DNA of 64,000 nucleotides from an uncultured Alphaproteobacteria bacterium (GTDB lineage Bacteria > Pseudomonadota > Alphaproteobacteria > HIMB59 > GCA-002718135). This document shows positions 9,422 through 19,416 of the stretch, in pieces. The notes under the pieces are model-generated. The model did not search any database, was not told the DNA's origin, and saw only the letters and a program-made list of their open reading frames with translations. The translations under genes were made by a program, and so were the position numbers. The first letter of the stretch is position 1, and the number at the start of each line of letters is the position of its first letter. Location: NCBI GenBank assembly GCA_902518705.1, contig CABYHW010000001.1, positions 114,270 through 178,269 of the forward strand, in the 5' to 3' direction.

Positions 9422-10854
9422 ATTTTTAATACTCCTGGCAAATTACAAATGACTCCATACTTTTGACCTAAATCATAATCTGATGTGCCAAATCTAAAAT
9501 TATCAATAAGAGACGCCATATTTTTATGATCTTCAAAATTATTTTTAAGACAAGATAAAATAAAACCATGGGATCTGTTTCCAGATTTAACAAGCATTGG
9601 AAGTTCAACTGAAGCAAACCAAAGGCGGCGTAATAATAATTCTGGTGATACCCAATCTACCTCCAAATCACTCCAACCATTAGGTTGTTTGGCACGATAA
9701 GGTGAATGGCCTATTTCTCTAAGTATCCATGATAATTGTCTTTGTCTGTTATTTGGCTTTGACTTGAAAGTATAATTCATTTTTTCAAAAGAAAGCGGAA
9801 TATTTAAATCAAACATTCTAGATAATTGCATTAACCATATTTCAGGTGGATGAAATTTATGTGTAATCTCATTATACTTATAAGCTTGCGTTATAACTGC
9901 TTTGTGAATTTCAATTAAGCTTCCATTGGATTTGTTCCATGCTTCTATTACTGGATCTATCATTTCTTCTGTTGGTTCATCTGTAATAAAATGCCTGCAT
10001 AATTTTGTTGAAACAAATTTGATACAGATTGGATGTGTTGCCAAATCATGAATTACTTTTGCAAGTTCTCTTTTTGCATCATTTTTATATTTAACTCCTA
10101 AAACTATTTTATCTCCTTTTTGATGCATTTCTTGATCAAACCATATATCTCCTGTCTCTAAATTTTTTCTATCCCATTTGTGTGCCCAACCTGTCATAAT
10201 ATAGGCTAACTGAATAACATCATCCTGAGTGTATCCAGCATTTGGTGAAACAGTATGTAATTCTAGTAGTTCTCTTGCATGATTTTCATTTATAGTTTCT
10301 CGCCACTCCATTCCCTTTTTAGAATTGGGACCAAAAGATTCTGAGTTATCAAGATGGTGAATCATACACCATGAAGTAGTAACTGACTGAACCATCTCTT
10401 CAAAAGTTTTAACCATATTAGGTCTTATAATCTCACGTTGATAAGGCCCAGTGCTAAACTCTGCTAAAAAATCTTTTTCACTTATTGCAAAATGATTTCC
10501 CCAAAAAAGCCAAAAACGCTCAAAAACAGGCTGTTTGGAATACTTAGTTTGATAATGACGAATAGCATGTTCGTTTAATTCAAAATACCTTTCACCAGTT
10601 TTTATTCTTAATTCATCTTTTGCTTTTTTATAGGCATGTTTGTCATTTTTAAATGTTTTTCTTAAAACTTCTCTATCTCCGTATACCCACTCTCCATATT
10701 TTTTTCTTAATTCTTTTTCTGTTGGAATTATTCCAGACCATAAGAGATTGGGTATAGTATCTAGTTGATTTAGTGCCCAATTAAGAGGATCTTTATCTGG
10801 TTTATCATTTGGTGATAAACCAAACGCTACTCGTCTATAAAATTTTAATGACAT
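9418..10854 (-). CDS. DUF1800-family protein (usual partner of DUF1501)
   Basis: 478 aa. The N-terminal RRVAFGLSP and central FWGNHFA / ELHTVS motifs resemble DUF1800. 4-nt overlap with the downstream DUF1501 gene. Confidence 0.7.
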   Translation of the reverse strand: MSLKFYRRVAFGLSPNDKPDKDPLNWALNQLDTIPNLLWSGIIPTEKELRKKYGEWVYGDREVLRKTFKNDKHAYKKAKDELRIKTGERYFELNEHAIRHYQTKYSKQPVFERFWLFWGNHFAISEKDFLAEFSTGPYQREIIRPNMVKTFEEMVQSVTTSWCMIHHLDNSESFGPNSKKGMEWRETINENHARELLELHTVSPNAGYTQDDVIQLAYIMTGWAHKWDRKNLETGDIWFDQEMHQKGDKIVLGVKYKNDAKRELAKVIHDLATHPICIKFVSTKLCRHFITDEPTEEMIDPVIEAWNKSNGSLIEIHKAVITQAYKYNEITHKFHPPEIWLMQLSRMFDLNIPLSFEKMNYTFKSKPNNRQRQLSWILREIGHSPYRAKQPNGWSDLEVDWVSPELLLRRLWFASVELPMLVKSGNRSHGFILSCLKNNFEDHKNMASLIDNFRFGTSDYDLGQKYGVICNLPGVLKI

Positions 10855-10906
10855 ATTTAAAAAAAAATAGTTTACATATATTTATAATATTTAAAAATAA
10901 AATTTA

Positions 10907-11557
10907 ATGAAAAAAATACCCTTAAAAATTTGTGGCATAACAAATGTAAAATCAGTTGAAGTTGCACATAAAAATAAAATAAAATCATTAGGTTTTGCGA
11001 GTAAAAGTTTAAATGGACCAAACACAGCTAGTGATAAAAAAATTCAATCATTAATTAAAGAGTGTAAAAATTATAAAATAGAATCAGTTCTTTTGACTCG
11101 GTATGTATCATTAGATAAAATAATTGAACAAATAGATTTCACAAAACCAAAGACAATTTCATGTTCGTATCATTTTTCCAAAAAAGACTTATTAAAAATA
11201 AAAAATATATTTAAAAGATTAAAAATTGGGATTGCTATTAATCCTGAAAATTTTAATAAAAATTATATTGAGTCAATTAAAAAAATTGTTGATGTAGTTT
11301 ATTTTGATATGAATGTTTATAGAAAAAAAAGCATTAAAAAATACTCATTGAAAAAAAGTATTAAACAAATAGAATTTATTAAAAATAAAAATATTCCTAT
11401 TTATATTGGTGGTGGTATAGATAAGAAAAATGTTTCGAATATTCTGAAACAAACTTCACCTTTTGGTTTGGATATTTCAAGAGGTTTAAAAAATAACCGT
11501 AATTTAATATCTCAAGAAAAGCTTAAAGATTTGTTAAATCAAATTTCTATAGGATAA
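10907..11557 (+). CDS. Phosphoribosylanthranilate isomerase-like protein (divergent TrpF family)
   Basis: N-terminal KICGIT...LGF, a central ...VYFDMN..., and C-terminal IYIGGGI..NV......PFGLDISRGL follow the TrpF TIM-barrel layout, but the sequence is very Lys/Asn/Ile-rich and divergent. Confidence 0.5.
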   Translation: MKKIPLKICGITNVKSVEVAHKNKIKSLGFASKSLNGPNTASDKKIQSLIKECKNYKIESVLLTRYVSLDKIIEQIDFTKPKTISCSYHFSKKDLLKIKNIFKRLKIGIAINPENFNKNYIESIKKIVDVVYFDMNVYRKKSIKKYSLKKSIKQIEFIKNKNIPIYIGGGIDKKNVSNILKQTSPFGLDISRGLKNNRNLISQEKLKDLLNQISIG

Positions 11558-12034
11558 TTTTTTAATAATATATTTATTGGTTAATTCTTTAGATAATTGA
11601 TTAATAGATTTTTTTTCAACCGGATGGAGAAGAAAGGGTTTAATATCTAATATAGGATGTAAAACAAAATCTCTTTCTTTGGCTCTTGGATGCGGAATGA
11701 TTAGATTGTTGTAATGATACTTACTAATTCCAAAAAAAATTATATCAATATCGATACTTCTTGGTCCGTTAACTATTCTTTTATTTTTTTTTAATTTTGT
11801 TTCAATTTTTTGAATAGAATTGATTAATTGTAGAGGCTGTTGATTTGTTTTTAAGATAATTGCACTATTGTAAAAGTTTGACTGATATTTATATCCATAT
11901 GGCGCAGATATATAAATATTGGCAAACTTACTTATGTGACCAATTTTATTTAACTCTTTTACTGCACTACGTAAATTAAGTATTGAATTACCTACATTTG
12001 ACCCAAGGGCTATGATAGTTTCAGTTTGAAACAC
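11534..12034 (-). CDS. folK: 2-amino-4-hydroxy-6-hydroxymethyldihydropterin pyrophosphokinase (HPPK)
   Basis: IALGSNVGN..., YISAPYGY..Q..FYNSAI..., GPRSIDIDIIFF, LIIPHPRAKERDFVL. Confidence 0.85.
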   Translation of the reverse strand: MFQTETIIALGSNVGNSILNLRSAVKELNKIGHISKFANIYISAPYGYKYQSNFYNSAIILKTNQQPLQLINSIQKIETKLKKNKRIVNGPRSIDIDIIFFGISKYHYNNLIIPHPRAKERDFVLHPILDIKPFLLHPVEKKSINQLSKELTNKYIIKKLSYRNLI

Positions 12035-12365
12035 TTACTGACTCTGCTCCATATTTTTTGGCAACAGCTGTTTTATTTATCTTTATTTTTATATTTTTGA
12101 TTTTAAATTTTTTTTCAAGCGCCTTCGATGTTTTAGAAATTAAATGTTCAAGAGTGTGTGACTTTGATTCTGTAATATAAGTCTTAAGAAATTTTGTAAT
12201 GCCAGAATAATCTTTAACATTATTGATACTATTCAAATTTAAAGAGTCTTTTACTTTATAGTCAAAGGATAGAGTAACTTTGAGAAGTTGCTTTTTCTTT
12301 CTTTCAATTTCTGTGATACCTAAGTTTGCACTAATTGATAAGTTTTTTATTTCTACTTTAAACAT
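12021..12365 (-). CDS. folB: Dihydroneopterin aldolase
   Basis: 114 aa. IKNLSISANLGITEIERKKKQLLKVTLSFDY follows the FolB N-terminal pattern. Sits between folP and folK with overlapping ends. Confidence 0.7.
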   Translation of the reverse strand: MFKVEIKNLSISANLGITEIERKKKQLLKVTLSFDYKVKDSLNLNSINNVKDYSGITKFLKTYITESKSHTLEHLISKTSKALEKKFKIKNIKIKINKTAVAKKYGAESVSVSN

Positions 12366-13171
12366 AACTTTTTAAAAATTTTTAATGACTGTGAAGTTTC
12401 TTTAACATCATGAACCCTAAATATATCAACACCCTTTTGATAACAATATAAAGCCGAAGCAATAGAGCCTCCTAATCTTTCGTCAGCATTGCTTTGATCA
12501 ATTAGATTTATCCAGCTTTTTCTTGAAGAGCCCAGCAGCAATCCATAACCTTTAAACTTAAACTGTTCAATTTTTTGCATGATCTCAATATTTTGATTTA
12601 AATTTTTGCCAAAACCTATTCCAGGATCAAACCATACTTTAGTTGAAGGTATTCTTAATTTTTCTAATTGTTTAATTTTTTTTAAAAAAATTTTCTTAAT
12701 ATCCTGTACTACATTTTTATAAGAATTAATTTTAGATTGCATTGTCTTAGGTGGAGCAGGTGTGTGCATTAAGATTAAACCTGTTTTGAATTTTTTAGAT
12801 AAATAAAATAAATCCTCAGAACCACCAAACACATCATTAATTATATGAGCACCCATGCTTAATGCATATTCTTGTGTCTCAATTTTATTAGTATCAACAG
12901 AGATAACAAATTTGTTCTTTGGTAATTTTTTTAATATAGGATCTAGCCTTTTAACTTCTTCCTTATAGGTAAGAGGTTCAGAACCAGGCCTCGTACTTTC
13001 AGCTCCAATATCAATGATATCTGCTCCATTTTCTGTCATTTTCTTGATATTATTTAGAGCATCCTTTGTCTTAAAACTTTTTCCACCATCACTAAAAGAG
13101 TCGGGCGTAACATTGCATATGCCCATTACTGTTGGTTTATTAAATTTAAAATTATGTTTGCCCAATTTCAT
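12353..13171 (-). CDS. folP: Dihydropteroate synthase
   Basis: MGICNVTPDSFSDGG, DIIDIGAESTRPGS, DPGIGFGK, GSSRKS motifs. Confidence 0.9.
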   Translation of the reverse strand: MKLGKHNFKFNKPTVMGICNVTPDSFSDGGKSFKTKDALNNIKKMTENGADIIDIGAESTRPGSEPLTYKEEVKRLDPILKKLPKNKFVISVDTNKIETQEYALSMGAHIINDVFGGSEDLFYLSKKFKTGLILMHTPAPPKTMQSKINSYKNVVQDIKKIFLKKIKQLEKLRIPSTKVWFDPGIGFGKNLNQNIEIMQKIEQFKFKGYGLLLGSSRKSWINLIDQSNADERLGGSIASALYCYQKGVDIFRVHDVKETSQSLKIFKKLCLK

Positions 13172-13172
13172 T

Positions 13173-13922
13173 TTATAAAACTTTTGAATATTCTTTTAAT
13201 ATAGACTTGTACATCTTAAGAGAAGATCTGTACCAATTTAATTGATCAATAGAAGAAATACTTACAACTCCCTTGCCAGATCCAACCAAAAGTATTTCAC
13301 TGTATTCATATAAGTTAGATATTAGAATATCTATTTTTTTAATCTTGTATGGAATTGTTTTTATTAAATATGATAAGGTTATTCCAAAATAATATGAATT
13401 CTTCGGAATAAATAATTGATTATTTTTTACAAAAATTAAGTTTGTGGTCGACCCCTCTAAAATCTTACTTTTATTATAAAAAAGAATTTCTTCTTTTTGT
13501 AAATTTATTTTTTTTTGTAAAGAAAGTATTTTTTTATATTGTAAGTTTTTAAAAGAAGGTAAGGTTCTTTGGTATCTATAGATATGAGCAGCAAAATTTT
13601 TTTCTTCTTTATTTCTTTTTCGCAAAGATAAAGAAATTAATTTTTTTGTAACTGCCACTCTTAATAAGTGATCATAGTTTTTAATTTTAGAATTAGTATG
13701 TATAAAATTAATAAGAAATTGTTCTGAAACTTTAAAACTAATACCAAAGAAATTTGAATCTTTGTTAAGTTTTTTTAAATGTTGATCTATTAAAACTAAG
13801 TTTGGTTTATTTCCTGAAATCCTTATAGTTGTAAAAACACCATTATACCCCCAAAGAGAATTAAACTTTACAGTTTTTAAATCTTTAACGTGATATGATT
13901 TTTTTAATAAGATATTTTCCAT
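13173..13922 (-). CDS. pabC: Aminodeoxychorismate lyase-like (class IV aminotransferase fold)
   Basis: GVFTTIRI...HLKKL and ...LEGSTTNLIFVKNNQLFIP... match fold-type IV PLP enzymes. Its position between pabA and folP supports ADC lyase. Confidence 0.6.
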   Translation of the reverse strand: MENILLKKSYHVKDLKTVKFNSLWGYNGVFTTIRISGNKPNLVLIDQHLKKLNKDSNFFGISFKVSEQFLINFIHTNSKIKNYDHLLRVAVTKKLISLSLRKRNKEEKNFAAHIYRYQRTLPSFKNLQYKKILSLQKKINLQKEEILFYNKSKILEGSTTNLIFVKNNQLFIPKNSYYFGITLSYLIKTIPYKIKKIDILISNLYEYSEILLVGSGKGVVSISSIDQLNWYRSSLKMYKSILKEYSKVL

Positions 13923-14442
13923 TTGGAGTTAAAAAAGAGTCTGGGTGAAACTGAAATCCATATATTTGGTTCATATCATCTTCAATTGCCATTGCCACGT
14001 TTGTTTTTGCACAACGCATTGTAATTGTCATTGATTTTGAAATAAATGGCTCTTCTAATTTAAGTGAATGATATCTGCCGCCAAGGAGGTCGGCATCTTT
14101 TTTAAAAATTGATTTGTCACTTATAATTTTTATACGACTTTGATAACCATGTAAGATATTTTTTTGTTGAACTATTTTACCACCTTCAGAGTGCACTATG
14201 TGTTGGAAACCTAAGCAGATTCCGAGAATTTTTTTCTTTCCCTTATATTTTTTATAAACCTCTGAAGTTAAGGGATAATCTTTAGGTTCACCAGGCCCAG
14301 GTGAAAGAACTATTGTTGAAGCTTTACGAAGTTTTTTATAATTAATTTCATAGTAATTAGATACGATAGTTGGCTCTATACTATCTAATAAGTGAGCAAG
14401 ATTGTATGTAAATGAGTCTTCGTGATCGATTAGATAAATCAT
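13885..14442 (-). CDS. pabA: Aminodeoxychorismate/anthranilate synthase glutamine amidotransferase component
   Basis: MIYLIDHEDSFTYNL..., LSPGPGEP, GICLGFQ (catalytic Cys), FQFHPDS. Confidence 0.85.
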   Translation of the reverse strand: MIYLIDHEDSFTYNLAHLLDSIEPTIVSNYYEINYKKLRKASTIVLSPGPGEPKDYPLTSEVYKKYKGKKKILGICLGFQHIVHSEGGKIVQQKNILHGYQSRIKIISDKSIFKKDADLLGGRYHSLKLEEPFISKSMTITMRCAKTNVAMAIEDDMNQIYGFQFHPDSFLTPNGKYLIKKIISR

Positions 14443-15647
14443 TAAATAAACAAATCTAATAGAGATTTGGCCTTTATATAGTTTTCATTATATTCTTTTT
14501 TTGCAGTGCTTCCCAATATTACTCCACTAGCGACAGATAATTCAATAGTATTTTTAAAATTAAGTAGTGTCCTTATCATTATATTAAAACGCATATCTCC
14601 ATTCGAATGTATGATACCAAAACTGCCAGTATAAATATTTCTATCAGATTTCTCTTTTTGATTTAAAAGTTGAATAGTGCTTATTTTTGGACAACCAATT
14701 ACTGATCCACCAGGCATTAACGATGAGATTATTTCATGATTAGTTATTTTGTTTTTCAAAACACCTTTGATTGTTGTAACGTAATGGAAGAGATCTCTAT
14801 ATTCTTCAACTGTTTTTAATTTATCTATTTTTACTGAACCAGTTTTACAAATTTTTGAAAGATCGTTTCTTTCCATGTCCACTATCATATTGTGTTCTTT
14901 AGTTTCTTTTTCATTTCTTCTAAAAAAAGTTAATGCTTTATTGTGATTTATTTTTTTAGTTTTTCTTAAAGTACCTGCGATAGGTTTAGTTTTTATCAGA
15001 TCTCCTTTTTTTAATAGCAGTGTTTCAGGTGAGCAACTAATGATACTATAACCTTTATCTCTAATTAGAAAACTTTCTGGAGACTCATTAATTTGCATTA
15101 ATTTCCAGAAAAGATCTATCGCGTTTATATTGCCTCTTTTTGAGTAAGTCTGAGCAATTTTTATTTGATAAGTTTTCCCTTGTCTAATATTTTTTGAGAA
15201 ATCATCAAACAATTTAGAATACTGTTTTAGAGTTAAATTTAAATTAAAATTCTTATTTAATTTCGAGTATTTTTTTGAATTAGTTTTAATATTTCTAAAA
15301 TTGGTTTTGGTACTTTGAATTAAAATTTTTTTACCAATACTAATTTTTGTTTTAGGTTTATAAAAAAGTCCACTATAAAAATTCGTAGTTTTTTGTTTTG
15401 GAAGTTTTATTCCAATATTGTCACAAAGTAGTTTGTATCCAAAAAAACCTATGTAACAATTTAAACCGTCAATACTTGAGCTCTTTTCTTGGGTTTGTAT
15501 ATTTAAAAAATTTTTTATATTTTTTTTATCTACAATTATTTTTTTAGAAAAATCAGTATATACGTCAAAGCCATTATCATTTTTATAAATAATGATAGGC
15601 TTATCAGATTGATATAATTTATCTAAATATTCGTTATTGTTCAGCAC
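14442..15647 (-). CDS. pabB: Aminodeoxychorismate synthase component I (shortened)
   Basis: Chorismate-binding motifs SCSPE, PIAGT, EHNMIVDMERND, PGGSVIGCPK, IYTGSFG. 401 aa, with a reduced N-terminal region. Confidence 0.8.
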   Translation of the reverse strand: MLNNNEYLDKLYQSDKPIIIYKNDNGFDVYTDFSKKIIVDKKNIKNFLNIQTQEKSSSIDGLNCYIGFFGYKLLCDNIGIKLPKQKTTNFYSGLFYKPKTKISIGKKILIQSTKTNFRNIKTNSKKYSKLNKNFNLNLTLKQYSKLFDDFSKNIRQGKTYQIKIAQTYSKRGNINAIDLFWKLMQINESPESFLIRDKGYSIISCSPETLLLKKGDLIKTKPIAGTLRKTKKINHNKALTFFRRNEKETKEHNMIVDMERNDLSKICKTGSVKIDKLKTVEEYRDLFHYVTTIKGVLKNKITNHEIISSLMPGGSVIGCPKISTIQLLNQKEKSDRNIYTGSFGIIHSNGDMRFNIMIRTLLNFKNTIELSVASGVILGSTAKKEYNENYIKAKSLLDLFI

Positions 15648-15675
15648 TGGATTCTATTATAATTAGGATACTTAT

Positions 15676-16098
15676 ATGAAAAATATTTTAACTAAAATAT
15701 TCTTTTTTTGCTTAACCGTCACATGGTCATCTTATCTTTATGGTCATGGAACAATAATTTTTTCCAACATTGAACATGGAGAGGGATATATAGATGTTAA
15801 AATATATGACTCCAAAGAGAGTTTTTTAGATGAGGAATTAGCTATTGAGAGTGTGAGAAAAAGAGTTCAAAAAGGTGAGGTTGTGGTCCCCTTAAGTAAA
15901 ATACATGAAGGAAAAATTGCAATAGTTGCTTATCATGATGAAGATTCTAATGGAGAATTAAAGACAGGTTTGTTCTGGCGGCCAAAAGAAGGTTTTGCTT
16001 TTAGCAATAATTATCAGCCTAAAGGCCCTCCATCTTTTGAAAAAGCGGCAATTATTTTAGTTCACGGCGAACCCGTGGTAATAGAACTTAATTATTAA
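15676..16098 (+). CDS. Secreted DUF2141-like protein
   Basis: Signal peptide, then G.I.VKIYDSKESF... AIVAYHDEDSNGELKTG...P.EGFAFSNN, reminiscent of DUF2141. Function unknown. Confidence 0.5.
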   Translation: MKNILTKIFFFCLTVTWSSYLYGHGTIIFSNIEHGEGYIDVKIYDSKESFLDEELAIESVRKRVQKGEVVVPLSKIHEGKIAIVAYHDEDSNGELKTGLFWRPKEGFAFSNNYQPKGPPSFEKAAIILVHGEPVVIELNY

Positions 16099-16108
16099 AA
16101 AAATATTG

Positions 16109-17491
16109 ATGTCATTACAATTACAGAACACACTAAGTGGTAAAAAAGAATTTTTTAAACCAGTTAATCCTGATCATGTAAGAATTTATGCATGTGGCCC
16201 AACTGTTTATAATTTTGCACATATTGGAAATGCAAGAATGGCAGTGGTAAACGATCTATTAGTTCGTGTTTTAAAAACCCAATATAAGAAAGTAACATAT
16301 GTATCTAACATTACTGATATTGATGATAAAATTATAGATGCATCTAAAGAAACTGGTGAGGACATCAGTGTTATTACATCAAAATATACTGAGATATACA
16401 ATAATGATATGAGTGCCCTTGGTGTAAACCTTCCTGATATTCAACCAAGAGCAACTGATCATATAAAAGAAATGATTGAGTTAATAAAAAAATTAATTGA
16501 GGAAGAGAAAGCTTATGAAAAAGAAGGGCATGTTTTATTTCATGTGCCAGCTTTTGAAAATTATGGAATTCTTTCAAAAAGAAATAGAGATGAACAAATA
16601 GCTGGAAGTCGTGTTGAGGTTGCTCCTTTTAAAAAAGACCCAGCTGATTTTATTTTGTGGAAACCTTCCCCTTCTCCACTGCCGGGTTGGGATTCACCAT
16701 GGGGATTTGGAAGACCGGGATGGCATTTAGAATGCTCTGTTATGTCAGAAAAATCATTAGGTCTTCCTTTTGATATCCATAGCGGTGGTATTGACTTGGT
16801 GTTTCCTCATCATGAAAATGAAATAGCACAAACTTGTTCCATATCAGAAAATAAAGATCCTAAAGATTTTGCAGCTTATTGGTTTCATAATGGATTTGTT
16901 AATGTTGAGGGAGAAAAAATGTCAAAGTCAATTGGCAATATTAAACTCGTTCATGATCTCAACAAAAAATACAAGGGAGAGGTTTTGAGATTGACCTTGT
17001 TATCAGCTCATTACAAACAACCATTGAACTGGACAGAAGAAATCATTGAACAAAATAGCAAAATGATCGATCGACTTTATAGAGTTCTATTAGAGCTATC
17101 AGAAGTTGAAGCAGATTCTAAATTACCTTCTGATTCTATAATGGAATCATTTTTAGATGATTTGAATACACCTAAAGTCATTGCAAAACTTAATGAAGAG
17201 GCAAATGATACTTCATCTGCATCTGATGAAAGAAAAAAGGAAATCAAAAATAATCTCCTTTCAGCTGGCAAAATATTAGGTATTCTTGAAGATGATCCAG
17301 GTAATTGGTTAGGTTATAATCAAAAAGATACTGAAAATGCTGAAGAAATTGAAAGGTTGATAAATGAACGTAATGAAGCTAGACGCAGTAAAAATTTTAA
17401 TTTGGCAGATACTATTAGGGACACATTAAAAGATAAAGGTATAGAAATAGAAGATACTGATAAAGGAACGATTTGGCGGAAATCTAAATGA
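16109..17491 (+). CDS. cysS: Cysteine--tRNA ligase
   Basis: [17 protein letters not shown] (HIGH region) and KMSKS. The ORF track starts at TTG 16106; the adjacent ATG at 16109 is the likelier start. Confidence 0.95.
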   Translation: MSLQLQNTLSGKKEFFKPVNPDHVRIYACGPTVYNFAHIGNARMAVVNDLLVRVLKTQYKKVTYVSNITDIDDKIIDASKETGEDISVITSKYTEIYNNDMSALGVNLPDIQPRATDHIKEMIELIKKLIEEEKAYEKEGHVLFHVPAFENYGILSKRNRDEQIAGSRVEVAPFKKDPADFILWKPSPSPLPGWDSPWGFGRPGWHLECSVMSEKSLGLPFDIHSGGIDLVFPHHENEIAQTCSISENKDPKDFAAYWFHNGFVNVEGEKMSKSIGNIKLVHDLNKKYKGEVLRLTLLSAHYKQPLNWTEEIIEQNSKMIDRLYRVLLELSEVEADSKLPSDSIMESFLDDLNTPKVIAKLNEEANDTSSASDERKKEIKNNLLSAGKILGILEDDPGNWLGYNQKDTENAEEIERLINERNEARRSKNFNLADTIRDTLKDKGIEIEDTDKGTIWRKSK

Positions 17492-19413
17492 GTGAAAAGA
17501 TAACAATTACATTCCCAGATGGAAATAAAAAAGAAGTTGATAAAGGCATAAATGGTCTAGATTTAGCTTCACAAATTTCTAAATCTCTTGCCAAAGAGTC
17601 AGTCGCTATAAAAATTAATAATGAAATAAAAGATATTAGTTTGCCTATTAATAATGATGCGTCAGTAGCAATTTTAAAAAGAGATAGTGATGAAGCCCTT
17701 GAATTAATTCGACATGATTGTGCTCATGTAATGGCAGAAGCTGTTCAAGAATTGTTCCCTGGAACACAAGTTACAATTGGTCCAGCAATTGAAAATGGTT
17801 TCTATTATGATTTTGCTAGAGATGAACCTTTTACTGTTGCTGATCTTCCAAAAATTGAAAAGAAGATGCATGATATCATTCAAAGAAATAAAAATTTTAT
17901 AAGAGAAGTATGGTCTAAAGAAGAATCAATAAAACATTTTAAAGATAAAGGTGAAAACTACAAAGTTGAATTAATAAATGATTTACCTAATAATGAGGAA
18001 ATCAGTATTTACAAACAGGGTGACTGGTTAGACTTGTGCCGGGGCCCTCACATGGTTTCAACTAAACAAATTGGTAAAGCATTTAAATTAATGAAAGTTG
18101 CTGGTGCTTACTGGCGAGGTGATTCATCCAATGCAATGCTAACAAGAATTTACGGGACTGCATGGGCAACAGAAAAAGATCTTGAACAGCACCTTTTACA
18201 AATTGAAGAAGCAGAGAAAAGAGATCACCGAAAACTAGGACGAGAAATGGATTTATTTCATTTTCAGGAAGAGGCTCCTGGAGCGGTGTTTTGGCATCCT
18301 AAAGGTTGGACATTATTCCTATCCTTAATAAATTATATGCGAAAGAGACAAGACAAGGCAGGTTACGTAGAAACGAATACACCAGACATGATGGATAAGT
18401 CTTTATGGGAGACCTCTGGCCACTGGGATAAATTTAGTGACATGATGTTTAGAACTGAAGCAAAAGACGATAAAATTTATGCAATCAAACCCATGAATTG
18501 TCCTGGTGCTGTAGAAATTTTTAAACAAGGATTAAAAAGTTATAGGGATCTACCATTTCTATTATCTGAGTTTGGAAAAGTACATCGTTATGAACCATCA
18601 GGTGCCCTTCATGGATTAATGAGAGTGAGAGCATTCACACAAGATGATGCACATATATTTTGTACAGAGGATCAAATTACACAAGAGAGTAAGACGGTAT
18701 GTGATCTGATACTTAGTATCTATAAAGATTTCGGTTTTGATAATGTTAGAATTAAATTTTCTGATCGTCCTGAAAAACGCGTTGGAGATGATGCTGTTTG
18801 GGATAAAGCTGAGGCTGCGTTAATGCAAGCTATGGAAGCAACAGGCCTTGAGTACTCGCTAAATCCAGGAGAGGGAGCATTTTATGGTCCTAAATTAGAG
18901 TTTGTTTTACGTGATGCAATTGGCAGAGACTGGCAATGTGGCACACTGCAAGTAGATTTAAATTTACCTGGAAGATTGGAAGCTACTTATGTGGGAGAAG
19001 ATGGTAATAAAAAAATACCAGTCATGTTACATAGAGCACTATTTGGTTCCTTGGAGAGATTCACCGGTATTCTAATTGAGCATTATGCAGGTCATCTTCC
19101 GTTTTGGCTTTCACCGTTGCAAGCAGTAGTTGCTACAATTACATCTGATACTGATGAGTATGCTTATGAGGTACAAAAGGCATTAGTATCAAAAGGAATC
19201 AGGGCCGAAATAGATACACGTAATGAAAAAATTGGTTATAAAATACGTGAACACAGTAACAGTAAAGTGCCAGCAATTATTGCTGTTGGTAAAAAAGAGG
19301 CTCAAGATAAAACAGTATCTGTTAGAAGAATTGGATCTTCTGAAACAAAGACCTTTAAATTAGAAGATATTGTTACTAGCTTATCTAAAGAAGCAAAATC
19401 ACCAATAGAATAA
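17488..19413 (+). CDS. thrS: Threonine--tRNA ligase
   Basis: N-terminal TGS domain (ITITFPDG), class II motifs, 641 aa. Its ATG overlaps the cysS TGA (ATGA). Confidence 0.95.
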   Translation: MSEKITITFPDGNKKEVDKGINGLDLASQISKSLAKESVAIKINNEIKDISLPINNDASVAILKRDSDEALELIRHDCAHVMAEAVQELFPGTQVTIGPAIENGFYYDFARDEPFTVADLPKIEKKMHDIIQRNKNFIREVWSKEESIKHFKDKGENYKVELINDLPNNEEISIYKQGDWLDLCRGPHMVSTKQIGKAFKLMKVAGAYWRGDSSNAMLTRIYGTAWATEKDLEQHLLQIEEAEKRDHRKLGREMDLFHFQEEAPGAVFWHPKGWTLFLSLINYMRKRQDKAGYVETNTPDMMDKSLWETSGHWDKFSDMMFRTEAKDDKIYAIKPMNCPGAVEIFKQGLKSYRDLPFLLSEFGKVHRYEPSGALHGLMRVRAFTQDDAHIFCTEDQITQESKTVCDLILSIYKDFGFDNVRIKFSDRPEKRVGDDAVWDKAEAALMQAMEATGLEYSLNPGEGAFYGPKLEFVLRDAIGRDWQCGTLQVDLNLPGRLEATYVGEDGNKKIPVMLHRALFGSLERFTGILIEHYAGHLPFWLSPLQAVVATITSDTDEYAYEVQKALVSKGIRAEIDTRNEKIGYKIREHSNSKVPAIIAVGKKEAQDKTVSVRRIGSSETKTFKLEDIVTSLSKEAKSPIE

Positions 19414-19416
19414 AAA

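Noticed and set aside
10907-15647. Very low-GC blocks as possible genomic islands (this block, plus 42.1-48 kb and 51.3-58.9 kb).
   Set aside because: They encode core biosynthetic and housekeeping genes in conserved alphaproteobacterial order. No integrase, tRNA or direct-repeat boundaries are present. The low GC is more simply explained by weakly constrained proteins drifting to Lys/Asn/Ile-rich composition.
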